Source: Tubulanus polymorphus (lineage: Eukaryota > Animalia > Nemertea). Taken from it: a DNA stretch of 64,000 nt. A program made the position numbers and the translations under genes. Of this stretch, positions 27,001 to 40,954 are shown in pieces; the stretch's first letter is position 1, and every line of letters begins with the position of its first letter. The stretch spans positions 15,054,275 through 15,118,274 of the forward strand of contig NC_134032.1 in NCBI RefSeq assembly GCF_964204645.1. Reading direction: 5' to 3'. A model generated the notes under the pieces. It worked only from the letters and a program-made list of their open reading frames with translations. It was not told the DNA's origin and did not search any database.

Positions 27001-30000
27001 GAGTGGTCCTGATGCCGAATAGACGATGTACAGGGGGTGTACACTGTTACTGGCACTAAATCCAGTTATTACTGACACTAAATCCAGTAATTACTGACAC
27101 TGATTCAGAGTGGTCCTGATGCTGAATGGAGAGTGTACGGGGGTGTACACAGTTACTGACACTGAATCCAGTAATTACTGACACTGATTCAGAGTGGGTC
27201 CTGATGCTGAATAGAGGATGAACAGGGGTGTCCCGGGTTCGAATCTAGTAATTACTGACACCGATCCAGAGTGGGATCACTATGAGGATAGAGGATCCAG
27301 TTAATGCGAATCCGTGTACAATCCGGCCGTACGATGCTGCCACTATGCTCATCGTTAGCGGGATTTTCATACACTAATGTTTGTCAACCCTGGCAATCGA
27401 AGTGCTGTCCAGTTATACTCCGTGATCCTAGCATGCCAGAGTAGACTTACGTTAGTTTATGAAAATCTCGCTTACAATAACCATAGCGGCAGCACCATAC
27501 GCACCCAGTAATTACTGACAATGATGCTGAATACACGATGTACAGAAATCAGAAAAAAATAAAACCGAAAGTGATTTTGAGTTTTGAGGTCTTTTCCAAA
27601 TTGCCTTCTTTGAATTTCCACAATGCAATTAACCTTGTTTGTATTTGTAAATACGTTATGAATGTTTTGTGTTGCTTTACTCATAGATTTACTTAAGATT
27701 CTGTTTGCTCTTGACTTGTTTTGTTTTTTTTGTTATTGATCAATAAATATATTCCATTTTGGTTGATAATTGGTTATCTTATATATATATAATCTATAAT
27801 CTTATCTTGGAGTTGAGAAGACTGAAAATCCTGCATTGACTAGTCTGACTTAACATACCAACCCCCCCCCCCCAGAATTGACACTGGTTAAAGTAACTGC
27901 GTGACTGATATGGCATCTTTTCAGTCTACATCTTGCAATAGACGATGTACCGGGGGTGTCCCAAGTACGAACCCAGTTATTACTGACACTGATTCAGAGT
28001 GGGTCCTGATACTGAATAGAGGATGTACAGGGGGTGTACACAGTTACTGACACTGAATCCAGTAATTACTGACACTGATTCAGAGTGGTCCTGATGCTGA
28101 ATAGATGATGTACAGGGGGTGTACACAGTTTCTGAGACTAAATCCAGTAATTACTGATACTGATTCAGAGTGGTCCTGATGCTGAATGGAGAGTGTACAG
28201 GGGGTGTACACAGTTACTGACACTGAATCCAGTAATTACTGACACTGATTCAGAGTGGTCCTGATGCTGAATAGAGGATGTACAGGGGTGTCCCGGGTTC
28301 GAATCTAGTAATTACTGACACCGGTCCAGAGTGGGATCACTATGAGGATAGAGGATCCAGTTGATGCGAATCCGTGTACAATCCGGCCGTACGGTGCTGC
28401 CACTATGCTCATCGTTAGCGGGATTTTCATACACTAATGTTTGTCAACCCTGGCAATCGAAGTGCTATCCAGTTATACTCCGTGATCCTAGCATGCCAGA
28501 GTAGACTTACGTTAGTTTATGAAAATCTCGCTTACAATAACCTTAGCGGCAGCACCATACGCACCCAGTAATTACTGACAATGATGCTCAATACACGATG
28601 TACAGGGGCTAATATCAGAAAAAAATAAAACCGAAAGTGATTTTGAGTTTTGAGGTCTTTTCCAAATTGCCTTCTTTGAATTTCCACTATGCAATTAACC
28701 TTGTTTGTATTTGTAAATACGTTATGAATGTTTTGTGTTGCTTTACTCATAGATTTACTTAAGATTCTGTTTGCTCTTGACTTGTTTTGTTTTTTTGTTG
28801 TTATTGATCAATAAATATATTCCATTTTGGTTGATAATTGGTTATCTTATATATATATAATCTATAATCTGATCTTGGAGTTGAGAAGACTGAAAATCCT
28901 GCATTGTCTAGTCTGACTTACATACCAACCCCCTCAGAATTGACACTGGTTAAAGTAACTGCGTGACTGATATGGCATCTCTTCTGAGAACAGTCTACAT
29001 CTTGCAATAGACGATGTACAGGGGGTGTCCAAAGTTCGAACCCAGTTATTACTGTTACCGATTCAGAGTGGGTCCTGATACTGAATAGAGGATGTACAGG
29101 GGTGTCCCGGGTTGGAACCGAGTTATTACTGTTCAGTGGTCCTGATGCTGATTAGAGGATGTACAGGGTGTCTCTGGTTCGAACCCAGTTATTGCTGATA
29201 CCGATTCAAAGTGGTCCTGATGCTGAATAAAGACTGAAAATCCTGCATTGTCTAATCTGACTTAACATACCAACCCCTTCAGAATTGACACTGGTTAAAG
29301 TAACTGCGTGACTGATATGGCATCTCTTCTGAGAACAGTCTACATCTTGCAATAGACGATGTACCGGGGGTGTCCCAAGTTCGAACCCAGTTATTCCTGA
29401 TACCGATTCAGAGTGGGTCCTGATACTGAATAGAGGATGAACAGGTCTGTCCCGGGTTGGAACCCAGTTATTACTGTTCAGTGGTCCTGATGCTGATTAG
29501 AGGATGTACAGGGTGTCTCTGGTTCGAACCCAGTTATTGCTGATACCGATTCAGAGTGGTCCTGATGCTGAATACATGATGTAAAGGGGGTGTACACAGT
29601 TACTGACACTAAATCCAGTAATTACTGATACTGATTCAGAGTGGTCCTGATGCCGAATAGACGATGTAAAGGGGGTGTACACAGTTACTGACACTAAATC
29701 CAGTAATTACTGATACTGATTCAGAGTGGTCCTGATGCCGAATAGACGATGTACAAGGGGTGTACACAGTTACTGACACTGAATCCAGTAATTACTGATA
29801 CTGATTCAGAGTGGTCCTGATGCTGAATACATGATGTAAAGGGGGTGTACACAGTTACTGACACTAAATCCAGTAATTACTGATACTGATTCAGAGTGGT
29901 CCTGATGCCGAATAGACGATGTACAGGGGGTGTACACTGTTACTGGCACTAAATCCAGTTATTACTGACACTAAATCCAGTAATTACTGACACTGATTCA

Positions 30001-33000
30001 GAGTGGTCCTGATGCTGAATGGAGAGTGTACGGGGGTGTACACAGTTACTGACACTGAATCCAGTAATTACTGACACTGATTCAGAGTGGGTCCTGATGC
30101 TGAATAGAGGATGAACAGGGGTGTCCCGGGTTCGAATCTAGTAATTACTGACACCGATCCAGAGTGGGATCACTATGAGGATAGAGGATCCAGTTAATGC
30201 GAATCCGTGTACAATCCGGCCGTACGATGCTGCCACTATGCTCATCGTTAGCGGGATTTTCATACACTAATGTTTGTCAACCCTGGCAATCGAAGTGCTG
30301 TCCAGTTATACTCCGTGATCCTAGCATGCCAGAGTAGACTTACGTTAGTTTATGAAAATCTCGCTTACAATAACCATAGCGGCAGCACCATACGCACCCA
30401 GTAATTACTGACAATGATGCTGAATACACGATGTACAGAAATCAGAAAAAAATAAAACCGAAAGTGATTTTGAGTTTTGAGGTCTTTTCCAAATTGCCTT
30501 CTTTGAATTTCCACAATGCAATTAACCTTGTTTGTATTTGTAAATACGTTATGAATGTTTTGTGTTGCTTTACTCATAGATTTACTTAAGATTCTGTTTG
30601 CTCTTGACTTGTTTTGTTTTTTTTGTTATTGATCAATAAATATATTCCATTTTGGTTGATAATTGGTTATCTTATATATATATAATCTATAATCTTATCT
30701 TGGAGTTGAGAAGACTGAAAATCCTGCATTGACTAGTCTGACTTAACATACCAACCCCCCCAGAATTGACACTGGTTAAAGTAACTGCGTGACTGATATG
30801 GCATCTCTTCTGAGAACAGTCTACATCTTGCAATAGATGATGTACAGGGGGTGTCCCAAGTTCGAACCCAGTTATTACTGATACCGATTCAGAGTGGGTC
30901 CTGATACTGAATAGAGGATGTACAGGGGTGTCCCGGGTTGGAACCCAGTTATTATTGTTCAGTGGTCCTGATGCTGATTAGAGGATGTACAGGGTGTCTC
31001 TGGTTCGAACCCAGTTATTGCTGATACCGATTTAGAGTGGTCCTGATGCTGAATAGATGATGTACAAGGGGTGTACACAGTTACTGACACTAAATCCAGT
31101 TATTACTGATACTGATTCAGAGTGGTCCTGATGCCGAATAGATGATGTACAGGGGGTGTACACAGTTACTGACACTAAATCCAGTAATTACTGATACTGA
31201 TTCAGAGTGGTCCTGATGCTGAATGGAGAGTGTACAGGGGGTGTACACAGTTACTGGCACTAAATCCAGTTATTACTGACACTAATTCAGAGTGGTCCTG
31301 ATGCCGAATAGATGATGTACAGGGGGTGTACACAATTACTGACACTAAATCCAGTAATTACTGATACTGATTCAGAGTGGTCCTGATGCCGAATAGATGA
31401 TGTACAGGGGGTGTACACAGTTACTGACACTAAATCCAGTAATTACTGATACTGATTCAGAGTGGTCCTGATGCTGAATGGAGAGTGTACAGGGGGTGTA
31501 CACAGTTACTGACACTGAATCCAGTAATTACTGACACTGATTCAGAGTGGGTCCTGATGCTGAATAGAGGATGTACAGGGGTGTCCCGGGTTCGAATCTA
31601 GTAATTACTGACACCGGTCCAGAGTGGGATCACTATGAGGATAGAGGATCCAGTTAATGCGAATCCGTGTACAATCCGGCCGTACGGTGCTGCCACTATG
31701 CTCATCGTTAGCGGGATTTTCATACACTAATGTTTGTCAACCCTGGCAATCGAAGTGCTATCCAGTTATACTCCGTGATCCTAGCATGCCAGAGTAGACT
31801 TACGTTAGTTTATGAAAATCTCGCTTACAATAACCATAGCGGCAGCACCATACGCACCCAGTAATTACTGACAATGATGCTGAATAGACGATGTACAGGG
31901 GCTAATATCAGAAAAAAATAAAACCGAAAGTGATTTTGAGTTTTGAGGTCTTTTCCAAATTGCCTTCTTTGAATTTCCACTATGCAATTAACCTTGTTTG
32001 TATTTGTAAATACGTTATGAATGTTTTGTGTTGCTTTACTCATAGATTTACTTAAGATTCTGTTTGCTCTTGACTTGTTTTGTTTTTTTGTTGTTATTGA
32101 TCAATAAATATATTCCATTTTGGTTGATAATTGGTTATCTTATATATATATAATCTATAATCTGATCTTGGAGTTGAGAAGACTGAAAATCCTGCATTGT
32201 CTAGTCTGACTTACATACCAACCCCCTCAGAATTGACACTGGTTAAAGTAACTGCGTGACTGATATGGCATCTTTTCAGTCTACATCTTGCAATAGACGA
32301 TGTACCGGGGGTGTCCCAAGTACGAACCCAGTTATTACTGACACTGATTCAGAGTGGGTCCTGATACTGAATAGATGATGTACAGGGGGTGTACACAGTT
32401 ACTGACACTGAATCCAGTAATTACTGATACTGATTCAGAGTGGTCTTGATGCCGAATAGAGGATGTACACGGTTATTACTGACACTGAATCCAGTAATTA
32501 CTGATACTGATTCAGAGTGGTCCTGATGCTGAATAGAGGATGTACACGGTTATTACTGACACTGAATCTAGTAATTACTGATACTGATTCAGAGTGGTCT
32601 TGATGCCGAATAGAGGATGTACACGGTTATTACTGACACTGAATCCAGTAATTACTGATACTGATTCAGAGTGGTCCTGATGCTGAATAGACGATGTACA
32701 CGGTTATTACTGACACTGAATCCAGTAATTACTGATACTGATTCAGAGTGGTCCTGATGCTGAATAGATGATGTACAAGGGGTGTACACAGTTACTGACA
32801 CTGAATCCAGTAATTACTGATACTGATTCAGAGTGGTCCTGATGCTGAATAGACGATGTACACGGTTATTACTGACACTGAATCCAGTAATTACTGATAC
32901 TGATTCAGAGTGGTCCTGATGCTGAATGGAGAGTGTACAGGGGGTGTACACAGTTACTGACACTGAATCCAGTAATTACTGACACTGATTCAGAGTGGGT

Positions 33001-36000
33001 CCTGATGCTGAATAGAGGATGTACAGGGGTGTCCCGGTTCGAATCTAGTAATTACTGACACCGGTCCAGAGTGGGATCACTATGAGGATAGAGGATCCAG
33101 TTAATGCGAATCCGTGTACAATCCGACCGTACGGTGCTGCCACTATGCTCATCGTTAGCGGGATTTTCATACACTAATGTTTGTCAACCCTGGCAATCGA
33201 AGTGCTGTCCAGTTATACTCCGTGATCCTAGCATGCCAGAGTAGACTTACGTTAGTTTATGAAAATCTCGCTTACAATAACCATAGCGGCAGCACCATAC
33301 GCACCCAGTAATTACTGACAATGATGCTCAATACACGATGTACAGGGGCTAATATCAGAAAAAAATAAAACCGAAAGTGATTTTGAGTTTTGAGGTCTTT
33401 TCCAAATTGCCTTCTTTGAATTTCCACTATGCAATTAACCTTGTTTGTATTTGTAAATACGTTATGAATGTTTTGTGTTGCTTTACTCATAGATTTACTT
33501 AAGATTCTGTTTGCTCTTGACTTGTTTTGTTTTTTTTTGTTATTGATCAATAAATATATTCCATTTTGGTTGATAATTGGTTATCTTATATATATATATA
33601 ATCTATAATCTTATCTCGGAGTTGAGAAGACTGAAAATCCTGCATTGACTAGTCTGACTTAACATACCAACCCCCTCAGAATTGACACTGGTTAAAGTAA
33701 CTGCGTGACTGATATGGCATCTCTTCTGAGAACAGTCTACATCTTGCAATAGACGATGTACAGGGGGTGTCCCAAGTTCGAACCCAGTTATTACTATACC
33801 GATTCAGAGTGGGTCCTGATACTGGATAGAGGATGTACAGGGGTGTCCCGGGTTGGAACCCAGTTATTACTGTTCAGTGGTCCTGATGCTGATTAGAGGA
33901 TGTACAGGGTGTCTCTGGTTCGAACCCAGTTATTGCTGATACCGATTCAGAGTGGGTCCTGATACTGAATAGATGATGTACAGGGGTGACCCGGGTTGGA
34001 ACCCAGTTATTACTGTTCAGTGGTCCTGATGCTGATTAGAGGATGTACAGGGTGTCTCTGGTTCGAACCCAGTTATTGCTGATACCGATTCAGAGTGGGT
34101 CCTGATACTGAATAGATGATGTACAAGGGGTGTACACAGTTACTGACACTAAATCCAGTAATTACTGATACTGATTCAGAGTGGTCCTGATGCCGAATAG
34201 ACAATGTACAAGGGGTGTTCACAGTTACTGACACTAAATCCAGTAATTACTGATACTGATTCAGAGTGGTCCTGATACTGAATAGATGATGTACAAGGGG
34301 TGTACACAGTTACTGACACTAAATCCAGTAATTACTGATACTGATTCAGAGTGGTCCTGATGCCGAATAGACAATGTACAAGGGGTGTTCACAGTTACTG
34401 ACACTAAATCCAGTAATTACTGATACTGATTCAGAGTGGTCCTGATGCCGAATAGACGATGTACAGGGGGTGTACACAGTTACTGACACTAAACCCAGTA
34501 ATTACTGATACTGATTCAGAGTGGGTCCTGATGCTGAATAGATGATGTACAGGGGGTGTACACAGTTACTGACACTAAATCCAGTAATTACTGATACTGA
34601 TTCAGAGTGGTCCTGATGCTGAATAGATGATGTACAGGGGGTGTACACAGTTACTGACACTAAACCCAGTAATTACTGATACTGATTCAGAGTGGTCCTG
34701 ATGCTGAATAGATGATGTACAGGGGGTGTACACAGTTACTGACACTGAATCCAGTAATTACTGACACTGATTCAGAGTGGGTCCTGATGCTGAATAGATG
34801 ATGTACAGGGGGTGTACACAGTTACTGACACTAAATCCAGTAATTACTGATACTGATTCAGAGTGGTCCTGATGCTGAATGGAGAGTGTACAGGTGGTGT
34901 ACACAGTTACTGACACTGAATCCAGTAATTACTGATACTGATTCAGAGTGGTCCTGATGCTGAATGGAGAGTGTACAGTTCGAATCTAGTAATTACTGAC
35001 ACCGATCCAGAGTGGGATCACTATGAGGATAGAGGATCCAGTTAATGCGAATCCGTGTACAATCCGGCCGTACGGTGCTGCCACTATGCTCATCGTTAGC
35101 GGGATTTTCATACACTAATGTTTGTCAACCCTGGCAATCGAAGCGCTGTCCAGTTATACTCCGTGATCCTAGCATGCCAGAGTAGACTTACGTTAGTTTA
35201 TGAAAATCTCGCTTACAATAACCATAGCGGCAGCACCATACGCACCCAGTAATTACTGACAATGATGCTGAATAGACGATGTACAGGGGCTAATATCAGA
35301 AAAAAATAAAACCGAAAGTGATTTTGAGTTTTGAGGTCTTTTCCAAATTGCCTTCTTTGAATTTCCACTATGCAATTAACCTTGTTTGTATTTGTAAATA
35401 CGTTATGAATGTTTTGTGTTGCTTTACTCATAGATTTACTTAAGATTCTGTTTGCTCTTGACTTGTTTTGTTTTTTTGTTGTTATTGATCAATAAATATA
35501 TTCCATTTTGGTTGATAATTGGTTATCTTATATATATATAATCTATAATCTGATCTTGGAGTTGAGAAGACTGAAAATCCTGCATTGTCTAGTCTGACTT
35601 ACATACCAACCCCCTCAGAATTGACACTGGTTAAAGTAACTGCGTGACTGATATGGCATCTTTTCAGTCTACATCTTGCAATAGACGATGTACCGGGGGT
35701 GTCCCAAGTACGAACCCAGTTATTACTGACACTGATTCAGAGTGGGTCCTGATACTGAATAGATGATGTACAGGGGGTGTACACAGTTACTGACACTGAA
35801 TCCAGTAATTACTGATACTGATTCAGAGTGGTCTTGATGCCGAATAGAGGATGTACACGGTTATTACTGACACTGAATCCAGTAATTACTGATACTGATT
35901 CAGAGTGGTCCTGATGCTGAATAGAGGATGTACACGGTTATTACTGACACTGAATCTAGTAATTACTGATACTGATTCAGAGTGGTCTTGATGCCGAATA

Positions 36001-39000
36001 GAGGATGTACACGGTTATTACTGACACTGAATCCAGTAATTACTGATACTGATTCAGAGTGGTCCTGATGCTGAATAGACGATGTACACGGTTATTACTG
36101 ACACTGAATCCAGTAATTACTGATACTGATTCAGAGTGGTCCTGATGCTGAATAGATGATGTACAAGGGGTGTACACAGTTACTGACACTGAATCCAGTA
36201 ATTACTGATACTGATTCAGAGTGGTCCTGATGCTGAATAGACGATGTACACGGTTATTACTGACACTGAATCCAGTAATTACTGATACTGATTCAGAGTG
36301 GTCCTGATGCTGAATGGAGAGTGTACAGGGGGTGTACACAGTTACTGACACTGAATCCAGTAATTACTGACACTGATTCAGAGTGGGTCCTGATGCTGAA
36401 TAGAGGATGTACAGGGGTGTCCCGGTTCGAATCTAGTAATTACTGACACCGGTCCAGAGTGGGATCACTATGAGGATAGAGGATCCAGTTAATGCGAATC
36501 CGTGTACAATCCGACCGTACGGTGCTGCCACTATGCCCATCGTTAGCGGGATTTTCATACACTAATGTTTGTCAACCCTGGCAATCGAAGTGCTGTCCAG
36601 TTATACTCCGTGATCCTAGCATGCCAGAGTAGACTTACGTTAGTTTATGAAAATCTCGCTTACAATAACCATAGCGGCAGCACCATACGCACCCAGTAAT
36701 TACTGACAATGATGCTCAATACACGATGTACAGGGGCTAATATCAGAAAAAAATAAAACCGATAGTGATTTTGAGTTTTGAGGTCTTTTCCAAATTGCCT
36801 TCTTTGAATTTCCACTATGCAATTAACCTTGTTTGTATTTGTAAATACGTTATGAATGTTTTGTGTTGCTTTACTCATAGATTTACTTAAGATTCTGTTT
36901 GCTCTTGACTTGTTTTGTTTTTTTTTGTTATTGATCAATAAATATATTCCATTTTGGTTGATAATTGGTTATCTTATATATATATATAATCTATAATCTT
37001 ATCTCGGAGTTGAGAAGACTGAAAATCCTGCATTGACTAGTCTGACTTAACATACCAACCCCCTCAGAATTGACACTGGTTAAAGTAACTGCGTGACTGA
37101 TATGGCATCTCTTCTGAGAACAGTCTACATCTTGCAATAGACGATGTACAGGGGGTGTCCCAAGTTCGAACCCAGTTATTACTATACCGATTCAGAGTGG
37201 GTCCTGATACTGGATAGAGGATGTACAGGGGTGTCCCGGGTTGGAACCCAGTTATTACTGTTCAGTGGTCCTGATGCTGATTAGAGGATGTACAGGGTGT
37301 CTCTGGTTCGAACCCAGTTATTGCTGATACCGATTCAGAGTGGGTCCTGATACTGAATAGATGATGTACAGGGGTGACCCGGGTTGGAACCCAGTTATTA
37401 CTGTTCAGTGGTCCTGATGCTGATTAGAGGATGTACAGGGTGTCTCTGGTTCGAACCCAGTTATTGCTGATACCGATTCAGAGTGGGTCCTGATACTGAA
37501 TAGATGATGTACAAGGGGTGTACACAGTTACTGACACTAAATCCAGTAATTACTGATACTGATTCAGAGTGGTCCTGATGCCGAATAGACAATGTACAAG
37601 GGGTGTTCACAGTTACTGACACTAAATCCAGTAATTACTGATACTGATTCAGAGTGGTCCTGATACTGAATAGATGATGTACAAGGGGTGTACACAGTTA
37701 CTGACACTAAATCCAGTAATTACTGATACTGATTCAGAGTGGTCCTGATGCCGAATAGACAATGTACAAGGGGTGTTCACAGTTACTGACACTAAATCCA
37801 GTAATTACTGATACTGATTCAGAGTGGTCCTGATGCCGAATAGACGATGTACAGGGGGTGTACACAGTTACTGACACTAAATCCAGTAATTACTGATACT
37901 GATTCAGAGTGGTCCTGATACTGAATAGATGATGTACAAGGGGTGTACACAGTTACTGACACTAAATCCAGTAATTACTGATACTGATTCAGAGTGGTCC
38001 TGATGCCGAATAGACAATGTACAAGGGGTGTTCACAGTTACTGACACTAAATCCAGTAATTACTGATACTGATTCAGAGTGGTCCTGATGCTGAATAGAT
38101 GATGTACAGGGGGTGTACACAGTTACTGACACTAAACCCAGTAATTACTGATACTGATTCAGAGTGGTCCTGATGCTGAATAGATGATGTACAAGGGGTG
38201 TACACAGTTACTGACACTGAATCCAGTAATTACTGATACTGATTCAGAGTGGTCCTGATGCTGAATAGACGATGTACACGGTTATTACTGACACTGAATC
38301 CAGTAATTACTGATACTGATTCAGAGTGGTCCTGATGCTGAATGGAGAGTGTACAGGGGGTGTACACAGTTACTGACACTGAATCCAGTAATTACTGACA
38401 CTGATTCAGAGTGGGTCCTGATGCTGAATAGAGGATGTACAGGGGTGTCCCGGTTCGAATCTAGTAATTACTGACACCGGTCCAGAGTGGGATCACTATG
38501 AGGAGAGAGGATCCAGTTAATGCGAATCCGTGTACAATCCGACCGTACGGTGCTGCCACTATGCACATCGTTAGCGGGATTTTCATACACTAATGTTTGT
38601 CAACCCTGGCAATCGAAGTGCTGTCCAGTTATACTCCGTGATCCTAGCATGCCAGAGTAGACTTACGTTAGTTTATGAAAATCTCGCTTACAATAACCAT
38701 AGCGGCAGCACCATACGCACCCAGTAATTACTGACAATGATGCTGAATAGACGATGTACACGGTTATTACTGACACTGAACCCAGTAATTACTTACAATG
38801 ATGCTGAATACACGATGTACAGAAGCTAATATCAGAAAAAAATAAAACCGAAAGTGATTTTGAGTTTTGAGGTCTTTTCCAAATTGCCTTCTTTGAATTT
38901 CCACAATGCAATTAACCTTGTTTGTATTTGTAAATACGTTATGAATGTTTTGTGTTGCTTTACTCATAGATTTACTTAAGATTCTGTTTGCTCTTGACTT

Positions 39001-40954
39001 GTTGTGTTTTTTTTTGTTATTGATCAATAAATATATTCCATTTTGGTTGATAATTGGTTATCTTATATATATATAATCTATAATCTTATCTTGGAGTTGA
39101 GAAGACTGAAAATCCTGCATTGACTAGTCTGACTTAACATACCAACCCCCTCAGAATTGACACTGGTTAAAGTAACTGCGTGACTGATATGGCATCTCTT
39201 CTGAGAACAGTCTACATCTTGCAATAGACGATGTACAGGGGTGTCCCAAGTTCGAACCCAGTTATTCCTGATACCGATTCAGAGTGGGTCCTGATACTGA
39301 ATAGAAGATGAACAGGGGTGTCCTGGGTTGGAACCCAGTTATTACTGTTCAGTGGTCCTGATGCTGATTAGAGGTTGTACAGGGTGTCTCTGGTTCGAAC
39401 CCAGTTATTGCTGATACCGATTCAGAGTGGGTCCTGATACTGAATAGAAGATGAACAGGGGTGTCCTGGGTTGGAACCCAGTTATTACTGTTCAGTGGTC
39501 CTGATGCTGATTAGAGGTTGTACAGGGTGTCTCTGGTTCGAACCCAGTTATTGCTGATACCGATTCAGAGTGGTCCTGATGCTGAATTGATGATGTACAG
39601 GGGGTGTACACAGTTACTGGCACTAAATCCAGTAATTACTGATACTGATTCAGAGTGGTCCTGATGCCGAATAGACGATGTACAGGGGGTTTACACTGTT
39701 ACTGGCACTAAATCCAGTTATTACTGACACTGAATCCAGTAATTACTGATACTGATTCAGAGTGGTCCTGATGCCGAATAGATGATGTACAGGGGGTGTA
39801 CACAGTTACTGACACTAAATCCAGTAATTACTGATACTGATTCAGAGTGGTCCTGATGCTGAATGGAGAGTGTACAGGGGGTGTACACAGTTACTGAAAC
39901 TGAATCCAGTAATTACTGACACTGATTCAGAGTGGGTCCTGATGCTGAATAGAGGATGTACAGGGGTGTCCCGGGTTCGAATCTAGTAATTACTGACACC
40001 GATCCAGAGTGGGATCACTATGAGGATAGAGGATCCAGTTAATGCGAATCCGTGTACAATCCGGCCGTACGGTGCTGCCACTATGCTCATCGTTAGCGGG
40101 ATTTTCATACACTAATGTTTGTCAACCCTGGCAATCGAAGTGCTGTCCAGTTATACTCCGTGATCCTAGCATGCCAGAGTAGACTTACGTTAGTTTATGA
40201 AAATCTCGCTTACAATAACCATAGCGGCAGCACCATACGCACCCAGTAATTACTGACAATGATGCTGAATAGACGATGTACACGGTTATTACTGACACTG
40301 AACCCAGTAATTACTGACACTGATTCAGAGTGGTCCTGATGCTGAATAGACGATGTACACGGTTATTACTGACACTGAACCCAGTAATTACTGACAATGA
40401 TGCTGAATAGACGATGTACAGGGGCTAATATCAGAAAAAAATAAAACCGAAAGTGATTTTGAGTTTTGAGGTCTTTTCCAAATTGCCTTCTTTGAATTTC
40501 CACTATGCAATTAACCTTGTTTGTATTTGTAAATACGTTATGAATGTTTTGTGTTGCTTTACTCATAGATTTACTTAAGATTCTGTTTGCTCTTGACTTG
40601 TTGTGTTTTTTTTTGTTATTGATCAATAAATATATTCCATTTTGGTTGATTATTGGTTATCTAATATATATATAATCTATAATCTTATCTTGGAGTTGAG
40701 AAGACTGAAAATCCTTCATTGTCTAGACTTAACATACTAACCCCCTCAGAATTGACACTGGTTAAAGTAACTGCGTGACTGATATGGCATCTCTTCAGTC
40801 TACATCTTGCAATAGACGATGTACAGGGGGTGTCTCAAATTCGAACCCAGTTATTACTGATACCAATTCAGAGTGGGTCCTGATACTGAATAGAGGATGT
40901 ACAGGGGTGTCCCGGGTTGGAACCCAGTTATTACTGTTCAGTGGTCCTGATGCT
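24074..40954. repeat. Composite satellite: 11 units of 1.06-2.03 kb, each = variable run of ~85-bp monomers + 174-bp hairpin element + constant AT-rich segment
   Basis: Marker gggatcactatgagga at 24581, 25791, 27273, 28333, 30166, 31626, 33073, 35014, 36461, 38489, 40011; monomer tactgacactgaatccagtaattactgatactgattcagagtggtcctgatgctgaatagatgatgtacagggggtgtacacagt. Confidence 0.97.
24636..24809. mobile_element. 174-bp fold-back (MITE-like) element; one per composite-satellite unit
   Basis: 68-bp arms cgtacggtgctgccactatg...ctggca / tgccag...catagcggcagcaccatacg, about 13 mismatches by eye. Confidence 0.8.

Noticed and set aside
24074-40954. Repeat/spacer-like array and 11 MSKATQN... ORFs as a gene family
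   Set aside because: Variable parts are monomer copy-number variants, not unique spacers; the ORFs are chimeric reads across cassette, monomer and hairpin sequence.
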